DNA of 42,799 bases. It comes from Bacilli bacterium. GTDB taxonomy: Bacteria > Bacillota_I > Bacilli_A > RFN20 > CAG-826. The first letter of the stretch is position 1, and each line of letters starts with the position of its first letter. The translations under genes and the position numbers were made by a program. This document shows positions 31,460-40,690 of the stretch, one piece after another. The notes beneath the pieces were generated by a model that saw nothing but the letters and a program-made list of their open reading frames with translations, had not been told where the DNA came from and did not search any database. The stretch spans positions 1-42,799 of the forward strand of contig JAXFTN010000141.1 in the NCBI GenBank assembly GCA_034176765.1, written 5' to 3'.

Positions 31460-32437
31460 ATGGAAAGAATTTTAAGTGGTATTAAACCAACAGGAAACCT
31501 AACATTAGGTAATTATATAGGAGCACTTCGTAACTTTAAAAATTTTCAAGATCAAGGTGAAACTTTTATCTTTATTGCCGATTTGCATGCTTTAACTTTA
31601 CCAATTGATCCTGAATTTTTAAGAACTAACTCTCGAGACATTGCTGCTTTTTATTTAGCAGCCGGTCTAGATCCTAAAAAGACACATATTTTCTTGCAAA
31701 GTCATGTTTCTGCTCATGCAGAAATGAATGCTATTATGCAAAACTTTTTATATATGGGTGAGTTATCTCGAATGACTCAATTTAAAGAAAAATCACATAA
31801 TCTTAAAAATGATGCAATAGGTTTAGGATTATTTGCATACCCAGTATTAATGGCTTGTGATATTTTACTATATGATGCAACGATTGTTCCAGTAGGAGAA
31901 GATCAAACTCAACATGTTGAATTAACTCGCGATTTATGTAAACGATTTAACAATCGATTTGGAGATATTTTAACAATGCCAAAAGCTGTTGTTACAAAAG
32001 TTGGAGCACGTATTATGTCTTTATCAAATCCATCTGTTAAGATGTCAAAATCCGATCCTAAAGGTGATGTTTTCTTAAAAGATGATATTCAAGTTATCAG
32101 AAAGAAAATTATGTCTGCTGTTACAGATTCTGAAATGGAAGTAAGATATGATAAAGAAAATAAACCTGGTATTTCTAACTTATTAACAATTTATGCTTCT
32201 TTAAAGAATATTACAATTGAAGAAGCTGAAAAAGAATTTGTGGGAGCAAATTATGGTACATTTAAGCGTGCTGTTGCTGATGTAGTATGTAATGAACTTC
32301 AATCATTCCAAGAACGTTATCAATATTTTATTAATTCAGGTGAAGTCGATAAAGTTCTTGAAGAAGGCGCTGAAGCAGCACGTAAAGTAGCAAATAAAAC
32401 TTTACAACGTGTAAAAGACGCTGTTGGATTATTATAA
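31460..32437 (+). CDS. trpS: Tryptophanyl-tRNA synthetase
   Basis: GIKPTGNLTLGNYIGAL (HIGH-type region), the GEDQTQHVELTRD block and the KMSKS motif (VKMSKSDP). 325 aa. Confidence 0.95.
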   Translation: MERILSGIKPTGNLTLGNYIGALRNFKNFQDQGETFIFIADLHALTLPIDPEFLRTNSRDIAAFYLAAGLDPKKTHIFLQSHVSAHAEMNAIMQNFLYMGELSRMTQFKEKSHNLKNDAIGLGLFAYPVLMACDILLYDATIVPVGEDQTQHVELTRDLCKRFNNRFGDILTMPKAVVTKVGARIMSLSNPSVKMSKSDPKGDVFLKDDIQVIRKKIMSAVTDSEMEVRYDKENKPGISNLLTIYASLKNITIEEAEKEFVGANYGTFKRAVADVVCNELQSFQERYQYFINSGEVDKVLEEGAEAARKVANKTLQRVKDAVGLL

Positions 32438-32441
32438 AATC

Positions 32442-32468
32442 AACCAAGCCACTGGCTTGGTTTTATAT
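32442..32468 (+). terminator. Rho-independent terminator of trpS
   Basis: AACCAAGCC (32442-32450) pairs with GGCTTGGTT (32454-32462). TTATATT follows. Confidence 0.75.
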
Positions 32469-32485
32469 TGGGAGGAACTAGTTAT

Positions 32486-33304
32486 ATGGAAAACAAATTT
32501 CTTATAGGAATTGATTTAGATGGAACTCTTTTAAATAAGAAATCTAGATTATCATTTTCTACTATTTCATATTTAAAAAAAATATCAAAACAAGGACACA
32601 TTATTGTTTTATGTACCGGTAGACCTTTAAGAGCAATGTTACCATATTATAAAATTTTAAAACTTAATACTCCTGTTATTTGTTATAATGGTGGTCGTGT
32701 TTTTAATCCAAACGATAAAAATTTTCCTAGTATTACCCACTCATTTAGCAAAGAAGATATTAAAGATATTATTAACACAATTGGTCTAGATAAAATTGAT
32801 AATATTATGTGTGAAGTAGATGATAAAGCTTGGGTATATACACATGATGAAAAGATAGAAGAAATACTTTGGCACAACAATATCTCATTAATTTATGGTG
32901 ACTTAAATAATACATTAAATGAAAATCCAATTACCTTTCTAATTTTTTCAACAAACAAGGAATGTAAAAAGATTCTTAGCAAACATATTAAAGAAAGCTA
33001 TCCTAATCTTAAATATCGTTTTTGGAACGGTTATCTTGAAAACTTCTCTGAAATTTTTGATAAACATATTTCAAAATATAATGCTTTAAAAAAAGTTGCT
33101 CAATATTATGATATACCTGTAAAAAACATTATCACTTTTGGTGATGGTGAAAATGATATAGATATGATATCGAAGGCAAATTATGGTTTTGCTATGATAA
33201 ATGCAGCTGATAATATCAAGAAAAAAGCTAAATATATTACAACAAAAGATAATGATAATGATGGCGTCATCTTTGAATTAAAGAAAATATTGAAAAGAAA
33301 ATAA
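32486..33304 (+). CDS. Cof-type HAD-IIB phosphatase
   Basis: IGIDLDGTLL motif I, CTGRP motif II, FGDGENDIDM motif IV. Start set to ATG 32486 with a GGGAGGA SD. Confidence 0.85.
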   Translation: MENKFLIGIDLDGTLLNKKSRLSFSTISYLKKISKQGHIIVLCTGRPLRAMLPYYKILKLNTPVICYNGGRVFNPNDKNFPSITHSFSKEDIKDIINTIGLDKIDNIMCEVDDKAWVYTHDEKIEEILWHNNISLIYGDLNNTLNENPITFLIFSTNKECKKILSKHIKESYPNLKYRFWNGYLENFSEIFDKHISKYNALKKVAQYYDIPVKNIITFGDGENDIDMISKANYGFAMINAADNIKKKAKYITTKDNDNDGVIFELKKILKRK

Positions 33305-33330
33305 AAATGAATGCAATGCATTCATTTTTT
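33303..33330. terminator. Bidirectional hairpin terminator
   Basis: AAAAATGAATGC (33303-33314) pairs with GCATTCATTTTT (33318-33329) around a 3-nt loop, between convergent stops. Confidence 0.75.
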
Positions 33331-35035
33331 AAAGCTTTAATATGTTCTTGATATATAAATATATCCTTTGTGGTTTATTAAATACTTCATCTTTTGTTCT
33401 ACCAACGGCATTAACATAAATTTTGCATTTTGGTTCAGTACCACTTGGTCTAATAGAAACAACCGATTTATCTTCAAGAATAAATCTCATTACATCAGAT
33501 TTTGGTAAAGTTAATTCTTTAACTTCTTCACCCTCATAACGTTTTGATTCTAAATAATCTTCAAAAGCAACAACACGTAAACGACTAATTTCTTTAAATG
33601 GTTTTGCTCTAACTTTTGCTAAAAGATTTTTCATGTTCTCACTACCTTCAGCTCCTTTAAATTCAACTGAATATTGAACATCTTTATAGAATTCACCTAA
33701 TTTACGTTGAAGATTATAAAGTACTTCATCTAAGCATAAACCCTGTTCATGATAAAAGCATGCTAGCTCTGCATATAGTAATGAAGCTTGAAGACCATCT
33801 TTATCTCTAACAAATGGAGCAATCAAAGCACCATAACTTTCTTCATAACCAAATTCAAAATGAGGACCATTTTCTTCAATTTCAAATTCATGAATTTTAT
33901 CACCAATAAATTTAAATCCAGTTAATAATGATATTGTTTTTACTCCATATTGTTTTGCTACATTTTCTCCAAAAGAAGAAGTAACAATTGTATTAAACAT
34001 AACACCATTTGGACTTAATAATCCTTTTGCTTGTCTTTGTGATAAAACATAATCAAGTAATAATGCACCAGCCTCATTACCATTTAATTTTCGATATGTA
34101 CCATCCGAAGCTAAATAAGCAATACCAACTCTATCAGCATCAGGATCAGTTGTTATAATTAAAGGAGCCTTAATACTTTCAGCTATTTCAAGTGCTTTAG
34201 TATAAGCTTTAGGACTTTCTGGGTTAGGTGATTCCGTACCAGAAAAATTTGGGTCTGGATCACATTGAGAAGTTACAGGAACAATTTCATAACCTGCTTC
34301 ATTAAAAATTCTCATTAAATTAACATAAGATGTTCCGTGTTGTGGTGAGAAAACAATTTTATAGCCCTCTTTTTTGACATCTGGATTTAATCTTATACCT
34401 AAAACTGCTTGACAATATGCATCATCAACTTCTGAATTTAAAATGTTTGTTTCACCATGTGGTTGGAATTCACTAACAGCTGTAGCTAATTCATGATCTT
34501 TAGAAGCAATAATTTCTAATAGTCTTTCAATTTTATCAGGTACTAATTGACAGCCGTTTTCATCATAAACCTTAAATCCATTATATTCTTTAGGATTGTG
34601 AGATGCTGTAATAACAATACCTCCAACACAATTTAGATATCGTATAGCAAAAGATAGTTCAGGAGTTGGTCTTAAACTATCAAAAATATATACATTAATA
34701 CCATTAACATTTAAAATTTCTGCTGTTTCATTACAAAACTCACGAGAATTCATACGATTATCATGAGCAATAACTACACCTCTTTGACGAGCATCTGGGA
34801 ATTTTTCTACTAAATATTCACCATAACAAACAGCAGCTTTAAGTATAGTAAAGAAATTTAATCTGTTACTACCAGGTCCCATTACCCCACGCATACCTGC
34901 TGTACCAAATTCAATATCTTTAAAGAAAGCATCACTTCTTTCTTCTTGTGTCATTTTTCGTAAAATATTTTTATCTTCTTTAGAAACTAAATCAGATTTA
35001 ACCCATGTTTTATATTTATCATCAATACTTCTCAT
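33329..35035 (-). CDS. Phosphoglucomutase/phosphomannomutase (alpha-D-phosphohexomutase, PgcA-like)
   Basis: Active-site loop ITASHNPKEYNGFKV, metal loop TDPDADRVG, sugar loop GYEESYG. 568 aa. Confidence 0.9.
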   Translation of the reverse strand: MRSIDDKYKTWVKSDLVSKEDKNILRKMTQEERSDAFFKDIEFGTAGMRGVMGPGSNRLNFFTILKAAVCYGEYLVEKFPDARQRGVVIAHDNRMNSREFCNETAEILNVNGINVYIFDSLRPTPELSFAIRYLNCVGGIVITASHNPKEYNGFKVYDENGCQLVPDKIERLLEIIASKDHELATAVSEFQPHGETNILNSEVDDAYCQAVLGIRLNPDVKKEGYKIVFSPQHGTSYVNLMRIFNEAGYEIVPVTSQCDPDPNFSGTESPNPESPKAYTKALEIAESIKAPLIITTDPDADRVGIAYLASDGTYRKLNGNEAGALLLDYVLSQRQAKGLLSPNGVMFNTIVTSSFGENVAKQYGVKTISLLTGFKFIGDKIHEFEIEENGPHFEFGYEESYGALIAPFVRDKDGLQASLLYAELACFYHEQGLCLDEVLYNLQRKLGEFYKDVQYSVEFKGAEGSENMKNLLAKVRAKPFKEISRLRVVAFEDYLESKRYEGEEVKELTLPKSDVMRFILEDKSVVSIRPSGTEPKCKIYVNAVGRTKDEVFNKPQRIYLYIKNILKL

Positions 35036-35089
35036 AAATAGACCCCTTATTAATATAAATTTTTATTAGATTATTAGCAATGATTAAAT

Positions 35090-36052
35090 TTATAATTTTG
35101 CTAAAATTTCTTTTTCTTTATTCCCTAATTCACACATAAACTCTTTATTAGATAGGTAGCTTAAGATACCATTTAATATTTTAAATTGAATTTTATATGA
35201 ATGTAGAAATTGTGTATTATAGTTAAAGTCTTGACTAAACTCTTTATTAATAGCAAAATCCCCATATTTGCTATCACCAACTATAGGATGCCCAATGTGA
35301 GCCATGTGCACCCTTATTTGATGAGTTCGTCCAGTAATCAATTTAACTTCAAGTAATGTGAATTGATCATAATGTTTAACTATAGAATATTCACTAATTG
35401 CCGTTTTTGCCCCATTAGCTATAGTAGAGACTTGTACCATTCCTGTTTTTTCATTTTTTAATAATGGTGCATTTACCACTCCATCTTTTGTTATTTTTCC
35501 TTTTACTAAGGCATAATAATATTTATTAATGTTTTCCTTATCCTTAAATAGTTCTAATAACTGTTGTAATGAAGGTAAGTTTTTGCCAAATATTATTAGA
35601 CCTGATGTATTCCTATCAAGTCGATGAGCAGGTCCAGGTATAAATCCTTGGTCAATTGTTGGATCATATTCACCTTTACTGATTAAATAAGAAATTACAT
35701 ATTTATCTAATGTAGCTTTATTATTTTTATCGTCACTATGAACTAATAGCCCCTTTGGTTTATTGATAATTATAATGTTTTTATCTTCATATATAATATC
35801 AAGATTATAAGTAGTTAAATCAAACTCTTTAGGTTTATTAAAACTTTCTAGTTGTTCATCTGTTACATATATTTTAATAACATCATTTTCCTTTAATATA
35901 TAATCAATATCAACACGCTTATCATTTACTTTGATATCTTTTTTTCTAAAAATTTTATATATAAAAGAAAGGGGAGCTTCATTTAAAACTTTCCTAACGT
36001 ATTTATCCACTCGTTGATTACAATCTTTTGTATTTATCGTTCTTTGAATCAT
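35090..36052 (-). CDS. RluA/RluD-family pseudouridine synthase with N-terminal S4 domain (YjbO-like)
   Basis: HRLDRNTSGLIIFGK catalytic Asp motif and GRTHQIRVHMAHIGHPIVGD block. Confidence 0.85.
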   Translation of the reverse strand: MIQRTINTKDCNQRVDKYVRKVLNEAPLSFIYKIFRKKDIKVNDKRVDIDYILKENDVIKIYVTDEQLESFNKPKEFDLTTYNLDIIYEDKNIIIINKPKGLLVHSDDKNNKATLDKYVISYLISKGEYDPTIDQGFIPGPAHRLDRNTSGLIIFGKNLPSLQQLLELFKDKENINKYYYALVKGKITKDGVVNAPLLKNEKTGMVQVSTIANGAKTAISEYSIVKHYDQFTLLEVKLITGRTHQIRVHMAHIGHPIVGDSKYGDFAINKEFSQDFNYNTQFLHSYKIQFKILNGILSYLSNKEFMCELGNKEKEILAKL

Positions 36053-36103
36053 ATTATCACCTTAAATAGTATATCACATAGAATAAATAAATTTAATTTA
36101 TTA

Positions 36104-36132
36104 ATGACAAAAAAGATATTAATTGATATAAT
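36104..36132 (+). promoter_or_regulatory. Sigma-A-like promoter for tRNA-Ser(GGA)
   Basis: ATGACA (36104-36109), a 17-nt spacer, TGaTATAAT extended -10 (TATAAT at 36127-36132), 13 nt upstream of the tRNA. Confidence 0.6.
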
Positions 36133-36145
36133 AACAAATGCAAAT

Positions 36146-36236
36146 GGAGAAATACCCAAGAGGCTGAAGGGGCTGGCTTGGAAAGCTAGTAGATGGGTAA
36201 CACTATGCGAGGGTTCGAATCCCTCTTTCTCCGCCA
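36146..36236 (+). tRNA. tRNA-Ser (anticodon GGA), encoded CCA
   Basis: GGAGAAATACCCAAGAGGCTGAAGGGGCTGGCTTGGAAAGCTAG...GAGGGTTCGAATCCCTCTTTCTCCGCCA. Anticodon loop TTGGAAA. Long variable arm. Confidence 0.9.
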
Positions 36237-36250
36237 GTATATAAAATATG

Positions 36251-36278
36251 GGTTTGGTTGCTTTCCAAGCCTTTTTTT
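36251..36278 (+). terminator. Rho-independent terminator after tRNA-Ser(GGA)
   Basis: GGTTTGG (36251-36257) pairs with CCAAGCC (36265-36271), with one G-U pair. TTTTTTT follows. Confidence 0.7.
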
Positions 36279-36317
36279 ATTTGAACACTTGACAAACTAT
36301 TCAAATGTTATATTATA
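36279..36317 (+). promoter_or_regulatory. Promoter of the ArsR-family operon with overlapping inverted repeat
   Basis: TTGACA (36289-36294) with TATTAT/ATTATA 16-17 nt downstream. The half-sites ATTTGAA (36279-36285) and TTCAAAT (36300-36306) bracket the -35 region. Confidence 0.55.
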
Positions 36318-36337
36318 TTAAGTAAGGAGGTTGCATT

Positions 36338-36643
36338 ATGACAGAAAATGAAAAAAAAGAAGAAGCTTTGCTCTATGCAGCTGATTTATTTAAAATTCTA
36401 GGTGATTCAACTCGCATTAAAATTTTATCAGTTTTAATGGATAATGAATTAAATGTAAGTCAAATATGTGAAAGCATAAATTTAAATACCTCCGCTGTTT
36501 CACATCAATTAAGAATTCTACGTCAATCCTATTTAGTTAAAAGTAGAAGAGTGGGAAAGGAAATATATTATTCTTTGGATGATGAACATGTTTCCATTAT
36601 CATTAATATTGCTTTAGAGCATATAAATGAAAAGAAATGGTAG
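36338..36643 (+). CDS. ArsR/SmtB-family metalloregulator, alpha5-site (Zn/Co/Cd-type) sensor
   Basis: LGDSTRIKILSVLMDNELNVSQICESINLNTSAVSHQLRILR winged-helix HTH. LDDEHVSIIINIALEHINE fits the DxHx10Hx2E alpha5 metal site. No alpha3 Cys pair. Confidence 0.85.
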   Translation: MTENEKKEEALLYAADLFKILGDSTRIKILSVLMDNELNVSQICESINLNTSAVSHQLRILRQSYLVKSRRVGKEIYYSLDDEHVSIIINIALEHINEKKW

Positions 36644-36668
36644 AAATACCATTTATATTTTAGATAAC

Positions 36669-36688
36669 ATTTGAATATTTGTTCAAAT
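36669..36688 (+). promoter_or_regulatory. ArsR/SmtB-type operator palindrome upstream of the HMA/ATPase genes
   Basis: ATTTGAA TATTTG TTCAAAT contains the TGAA-N6-TTCA core typical of SmtB/CzrA-type operators. Same half-sites as at 36279-36306. Confidence 0.55.
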
Positions 36689-36712
36689 AATCAAAAAAAA
36701 CGAGGTGTTATT

Positions 36713-36934
36713 ATGAGAAAGATTTATAAATTAGACGAATTAGATTGTGCTTTGTGTGGCGAAAAAATGCAAAAAGCTATTTTAGATTTAAATGGTGTTA
36801 AAGATTGTACAGTAAGTTATATCACACAAAAAATGACAATTGAATATGAAGGCAACATCAATGAAGACGATTTATATAATAAAATTAAGAAAATTTGTCA
36901 TAAAATCGAACCAGATTGTCAAATTATTAGATAA
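36713..36934 (+). CDS. Stand-alone heavy-metal-associated (HMA) domain protein
   Basis: 73 aa. KLDELDCALCGEKMQKAI has the CxxC of the ferredoxin-like HMA fold. Start set to ATG 36713 with a GAGGTG SD; the ORF-track TTG start overlaps the operator. Confidence 0.75.
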   Translation: MRKIYKLDELDCALCGEKMQKAILDLNGVKDCTVSYITQKMTIEYEGNINEDDLYNKIKKICHKIEPDCQIIR

Positions 36935-36948
36935 AGTAGGTGACTATT

Positions 36949-38820
36949 ATGTCAAAAAAACAAAAAAAGAAACTAATAAGAATTATTATTTCTCTAGTTT
37001 TATTTGTAATTCTATTTATTTTAGACCTAATTTTTGCTCTTGATAGTCTCATACCAAATAATAAAATATCATGGATTTTGCCATTAATTTTATATTTATC
37101 TATATACTTAATTATAGGATATGATGTCCTTTTAAAAGCTATTAGGAATATTTTTAAAGGACAAATATTTGATGAAAATTTTTTAATGATTATAGCTACA
37201 ATTGGGGCATTTGGCATTAAAGAATATGCTGAAGGAGTCGCTGTTTTATTATTTTATCAAATTGGAGAATGGTTCCAAGACTATGCTGTTAGGAAATCAA
37301 GAAAATCAATATCAAGTTTAATGGATATTCGTCCTGATTTTGCAAATTTAAGAAATAGTGATGGTACTTACGAAATTGTTGATCCAGATAAAGTTAATGT
37401 TGGCGACATAATACTTGTTAAACCTGGAGAAAAAATACCACTTGATGGAATAATAATTAATGGAGAATCTTCTTTAGACGCAAAAGCCTTAACAGGAGAA
37501 TCTATTCCAGTTGAAGTATCTTCTAATAATGAAGTATTATCTGGATCATTGAATTTAACTGGAACTATCGAAATAAAAGTTACAAAAACTTTTTACAATT
37601 CAACAGTATCTAAGATATTAGATTTAGTAGAAAATGCTGCTAGTAAAAAATCTAAATCTGAAAATTTCATTTCAAAATTTGCACGTTTTTATACTCCAAT
37701 TGTCGTTTTTGCTGCACTTGTATTAGCTATTAGTGGTGGTCTAATTACGCAAGATTGGCTTATTTGGATCAAAAGAGCCCTAAACTTTTTAGTTGTTTCT
37801 TGTCCATGTGCTCTAGTCATTTCAATACCTTTATCTTTTTTTGCAGGAATTGGAGGGGCATCTAAAAATGGTATATTAATTAAAGGCTCCTCATTTTTGG
37901 AAAAATTAAATAAAGCAAATATATTTGTTTTTGATAAAACTGGTACATTAACAAAAGGTAATTTTGCGATAACTAGTATTATTCCAGAATCAAAGAAAGA
38001 TGAAATATTAAAATATGCAGCCATTGCTGAAGCTAATTCTAATCATCCGATTGCTCTTTCAATTAAAGAAGCATATAAGAAAAAAGTTAATACTAATTAC
38101 CAATTAACTAATATTTCAGGAAAAGGAATAATTGCTAAAGGTAAAGAAGTTATATTATGTGGTAATGAAAAATTACTAGAAGAAAACAATATTAAATACG
38201 AAAAAAGTAATGCCATTGGTACTCTTATTTATGTAGCAGTTAATGATAAATTTCTGGGTGTAATATGTATAGCAGATGAAATAAAAGCAGAAGCAAAAGA
38301 GACCATTAACTACTTAAATACTATCGGTGCTAAATCGATAATGCTTACTGGAGATAATGAAAAAATTGCCTCTTCAGTTGCTAATGAACTCAAATTAACT
38401 TATTATAGATCATCTTTACTACCTCAAAACAAAGTAGAAGAATTAGATAGAATTTTAACTAATAAAAATAAGAATGATGTAGTTTGCTTTGTTGGTGATG
38501 GCATCAACGATGCTCCTGCTTTAATGAATTCTGATATTGGTATTTCAATGGGTGGTGTCGGGTCAGATGCAGCAATAGAAGCTTCTGACATAGTAATAAT
38601 GAATGACAATTTAAGCGCTATTAGTAAAGCTAAAAAAATTGCTAAAAAAACGCTTACCATCGTAAATGAAAATATTATATTTGCGTTAGGAATCAAAGCA
38701 ATAGTATTAATATTATCAATATTTGGTTTAGCTAATATGTGGCTTGCTATTATTGCAGATGTAGGTGTTTCCGTTCTTGCAATTTTAAATGCCATGAGAT
38801 GCAATTCAAAAAAATATTAA
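36949..38820 (+). CDS. P1B-type heavy-metal-translocating ATPase (Cd/Zn/Co-type) lacking a fused N-terminal HMA domain
   Basis: TGES (ALTGESIPV), the CPC transmembrane motif (SCPCALVISIP), DKTGTLT, SNHPIA and GDGINDAPAL. Start set to ATG 36949 with a GTAGGTGA SD. Confidence 0.95.
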   Translation: MSKKQKKKLIRIIISLVLFVILFILDLIFALDSLIPNNKISWILPLILYLSIYLIIGYDVLLKAIRNIFKGQIFDENFLMIIATIGAFGIKEYAEGVAVLLFYQIGEWFQDYAVRKSRKSISSLMDIRPDFANLRNSDGTYEIVDPDKVNVGDIILVKPGEKIPLDGIIINGESSLDAKALTGESIPVEVSSNNEVLSGSLNLTGTIEIKVTKTFYNSTVSKILDLVENAASKKSKSENFISKFARFYTPIVVFAALVLAISGGLITQDWLIWIKRALNFLVVSCPCALVISIPLSFFAGIGGASKNGILIKGSSFLEKLNKANIFVFDKTGTLTKGNFAITSIIPESKKDEILKYAAIAEANSNHPIALSIKEAYKKKVNTNYQLTNISGKGIIAKGKEVILCGNEKLLEENNIKYEKSNAIGTLIYVAVNDKFLGVICIADEIKAEAKETINYLNTIGAKSIMLTGDNEKIASSVANELKLTYYRSSLLPQNKVEELDRILTNKNKNDVVCFVGDGINDAPALMNSDIGISMGGVGSDAAIEASDIVIMNDNLSAISKAKKIAKKTLTIVNENIIFALGIKAIVLILSIFGLANMWLAIIADVGVSVLAILNAMRCNSKKY

Positions 38821-38830
38821 TTCCATATTA

Positions 38831-38866
38831 AAAGGCTATTGTTAATTAACAATAGCCTCTTTTTTA
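38831..38866. terminator. Bidirectional hairpin terminator
   Basis: AGGCTATTGTTAA (38833-38845) pairs with TTAACAATAGCCT (38846-38858). T-runs on both strands. Confidence 0.8.
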
Positions 38867-38880
38867 AATTTTATTATTTA

Positions 38881-39270
38881 TTATTCTTCCTTATTTTCTA
38901 CAACATCTGTTGCTTCAACTTCAACAACTTCTTCTTGTACTGGAGTAGACATAGTAGAATCTAAACGTTGTTTTCTCTTAAGTTCTCTTTCTTTAACTAA
39001 ATCATCTTTTTTTGCAAAATGATATAAAGTTAATACAACAACTAAAAGTCCAATTAAGAAGATAACAAACCCTAAAGATAAAAATGTTACTCTAAATTTG
39101 AACCAGTTAGTCATTGAAACTTCAGCTTGATAAATTGAGTTATCTGCTAATGGACAATTTAATAAAGAACCTACAATATGAGTAATAATTAGGGCAAGAC
39201 CACCTAATAAAAAGATTCCACCAATAATGTCCCAAACTAATTCTTTTATATAAATTTTTCTTTTTTTCAT
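38881..39270 (-). CDS. Small membrane protein (2-3 TM) with acidic C-terminal tail
   Basis: Hydrophobic helices IIGGIFLLGGLALIITHIV and FLSLGFVIFLIGLLVVVLTLY. Charged tail. Confidence 0.55.
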   Translation of the reverse strand: MKKRKIYIKELVWDIIGGIFLLGGLALIITHIVGSLLNCPLADNSIYQAEVSMTNWFKFRVTFLSLGFVIFLIGLLVVVLTLYHFAKKDDLVKERELKRKQRLDSTMSTPVQEEVVEVEATDVVENKEE

Positions 39271-39356
39271 AAATTAATTCATCTCCTAGTCTTAAAAATT
39301 TTACCATAATTAAATTGTATATTCAATCATTATTCTAGGAAACAAACTAAATTATA

Positions 39357-39569
39357 TTATCCAATTATATCGTCAAAAAAGATATCATCAGGTTTAACAT
39401 CAAAAATATTTGCCATAGAAATTGCCATCTTATAATCTAAACTTCTTTTACCAGTTTCAATCATAGATAGATAAGCTTTTGATACATTTAATTTCTTTGC
39501 AATAGTATCTAGATTTAATCCCCTTTCTTTTCTCATACATCTAAATTTTGATAATCTAGCTTCGTTCAT
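39357..39569 (-). CDS. Small XRE-family HTH regulator
   Basis: MRKERGLNLDTIAKKLNVSKAYLSMIETGKRS HTH. Start set to ATG 39569 with an AGGAGG SD 6 nt upstream. Confidence 0.8.
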   Translation of the reverse strand: MNEARLSKFRCMRKERGLNLDTIAKKLNVSKAYLSMIETGKRSLDYKMAISMANIFDVKPDDIFFDDIIG

Positions 39570-39646
39570 ATATTTCCTCCTAAACAAAGAGTAAATCGTT
39601 TTCAAAAAAAGAACTATATGTTTATTTATTAGTTTTAAATTGTAAA

Positions 39647-39695
39647 GAAAAAAACGACAAATTATGATTTAATGTGTTTTTAATTTGTCGTTTTT
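39647..39695 (-). terminator. Rho-independent terminator after the 303-aa helical protein gene
   Basis: AAAAACGACAAATTA (39650-39664) pairs with TAATTTGTCGTTTTT (39681-39695). TTTTTTTCTTT follows on the minus strand. Confidence 0.7.
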
Positions 39696-39759
39696 AATCT
39701 TAATTTGTATATCTTGCTTTGTAAGAATTTTTAATTCTTCGATAACTTATCAATTTAAA

Positions 39760-40671
39760 TTATTCTTTTGAAGTTTCTTCTGAAGTAGCTTCTTCTCCTG
39801 CTACTTCATTACTTGCAGCTTTTGCTTGACTCATAATAAAATCATTAGCTTCAGTAAAGACTTTTTTCAAAGAAACCATATTTAATTGTTCATATTTTGC
39901 AACTAAAGCTTGAATTTGTTTTAGATTTTCATTAGCAGATGCAAATAAATTTTCGCCTTCAGCTAATTTAACTCTACCATTCATTTTTGAAATAATGTTT
40001 TCTGTTGCATCAAACATTGTAATCAATTCAGCATCAGCTTTTGGTTGATTACGATCAAATTGAGAATGTGCTCTAATAAAGTTCAAGAAACTTACTAATT
40101 GATTGATATCATTAGTAATGAAGTTAGATTGAGGTGATGGTTGACCATTATTTTCTCTCATCGCATCATTAAATTCCTTAAATGTTTTTACTAAATCAGT
40201 GAAAATTACCATATAAGATAATGCACGATAAAATTTATTATTAGTTTCAACTGCATCACTAAATCCATCATCTAATAGATTGTCTTTTTTTGCTTGATTA
40301 ATGAATCCATAAACAATATCTGAAAGAGTTTCATATAATCCAACAACATAAGAATAAATTTTTATGTGTTGAGAATGATCTACTCTTAAACCTTCATTAC
40401 TCAAACGTAAAACAATTGAGTCATCACCATAAATTTCATCAATAAATTCTCTTAATTGAGAATCAATTTTAGCACCTGTCTCTCCGTTTCTTTTTAAGAA
40501 ATCAGATAATTGTGTTGGTTTGTCTAAAGATTCAAGAAGAATTCTTCTTCTTTCTTTAAACATTTCTACATTGTATTCTCTTCCTTCTTTCATTAAAGTA
40601 TACTCTAAAGTATCTCTAATTAAGATTGAATAATGAAATAATGTAAAGATTGCGTGTGTAGTCCTATTCAT
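39760..40671 (-). CDS. Hypothetical all-helical protein with acidic Ser/Glu tail
   Basis: Open frame with a GGAGG SD before ATG 40671. No motif I recognise. Co-transcribed with the upstream HAD gene (19-nt gap). Confidence 0.6.
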   Translation of the reverse strand: MNRTTHAIFTLFHYSILIRDTLEYTLMKEGREYNVEMFKERRRILLESLDKPTQLSDFLKRNGETGAKIDSQLREFIDEIYGDDSIVLRLSNEGLRVDHSQHIKIYSYVVGLYETLSDIVYGFINQAKKDNLLDDGFSDAVETNNKFYRALSYMVIFTDLVKTFKEFNDAMRENNGQPSPQSNFITNDINQLVSFLNFIRAHSQFDRNQPKADAELITMFDATENIISKMNGRVKLAEGENLFASANENLKQIQALVAKYEQLNMVSLKKVFTEANDFIMSQAKAASNEVAGEEATSEETSKE

Positions 40672-40690
40672 AATAACCTCCATAAAATGA

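Noticed and set aside
36014-36244. 76-aa plus-strand ORF
   Set aside because: It runs through the promoter and the whole tRNA-Ser(GGA) gene. The tRNA cloverleaf explains the sequence.
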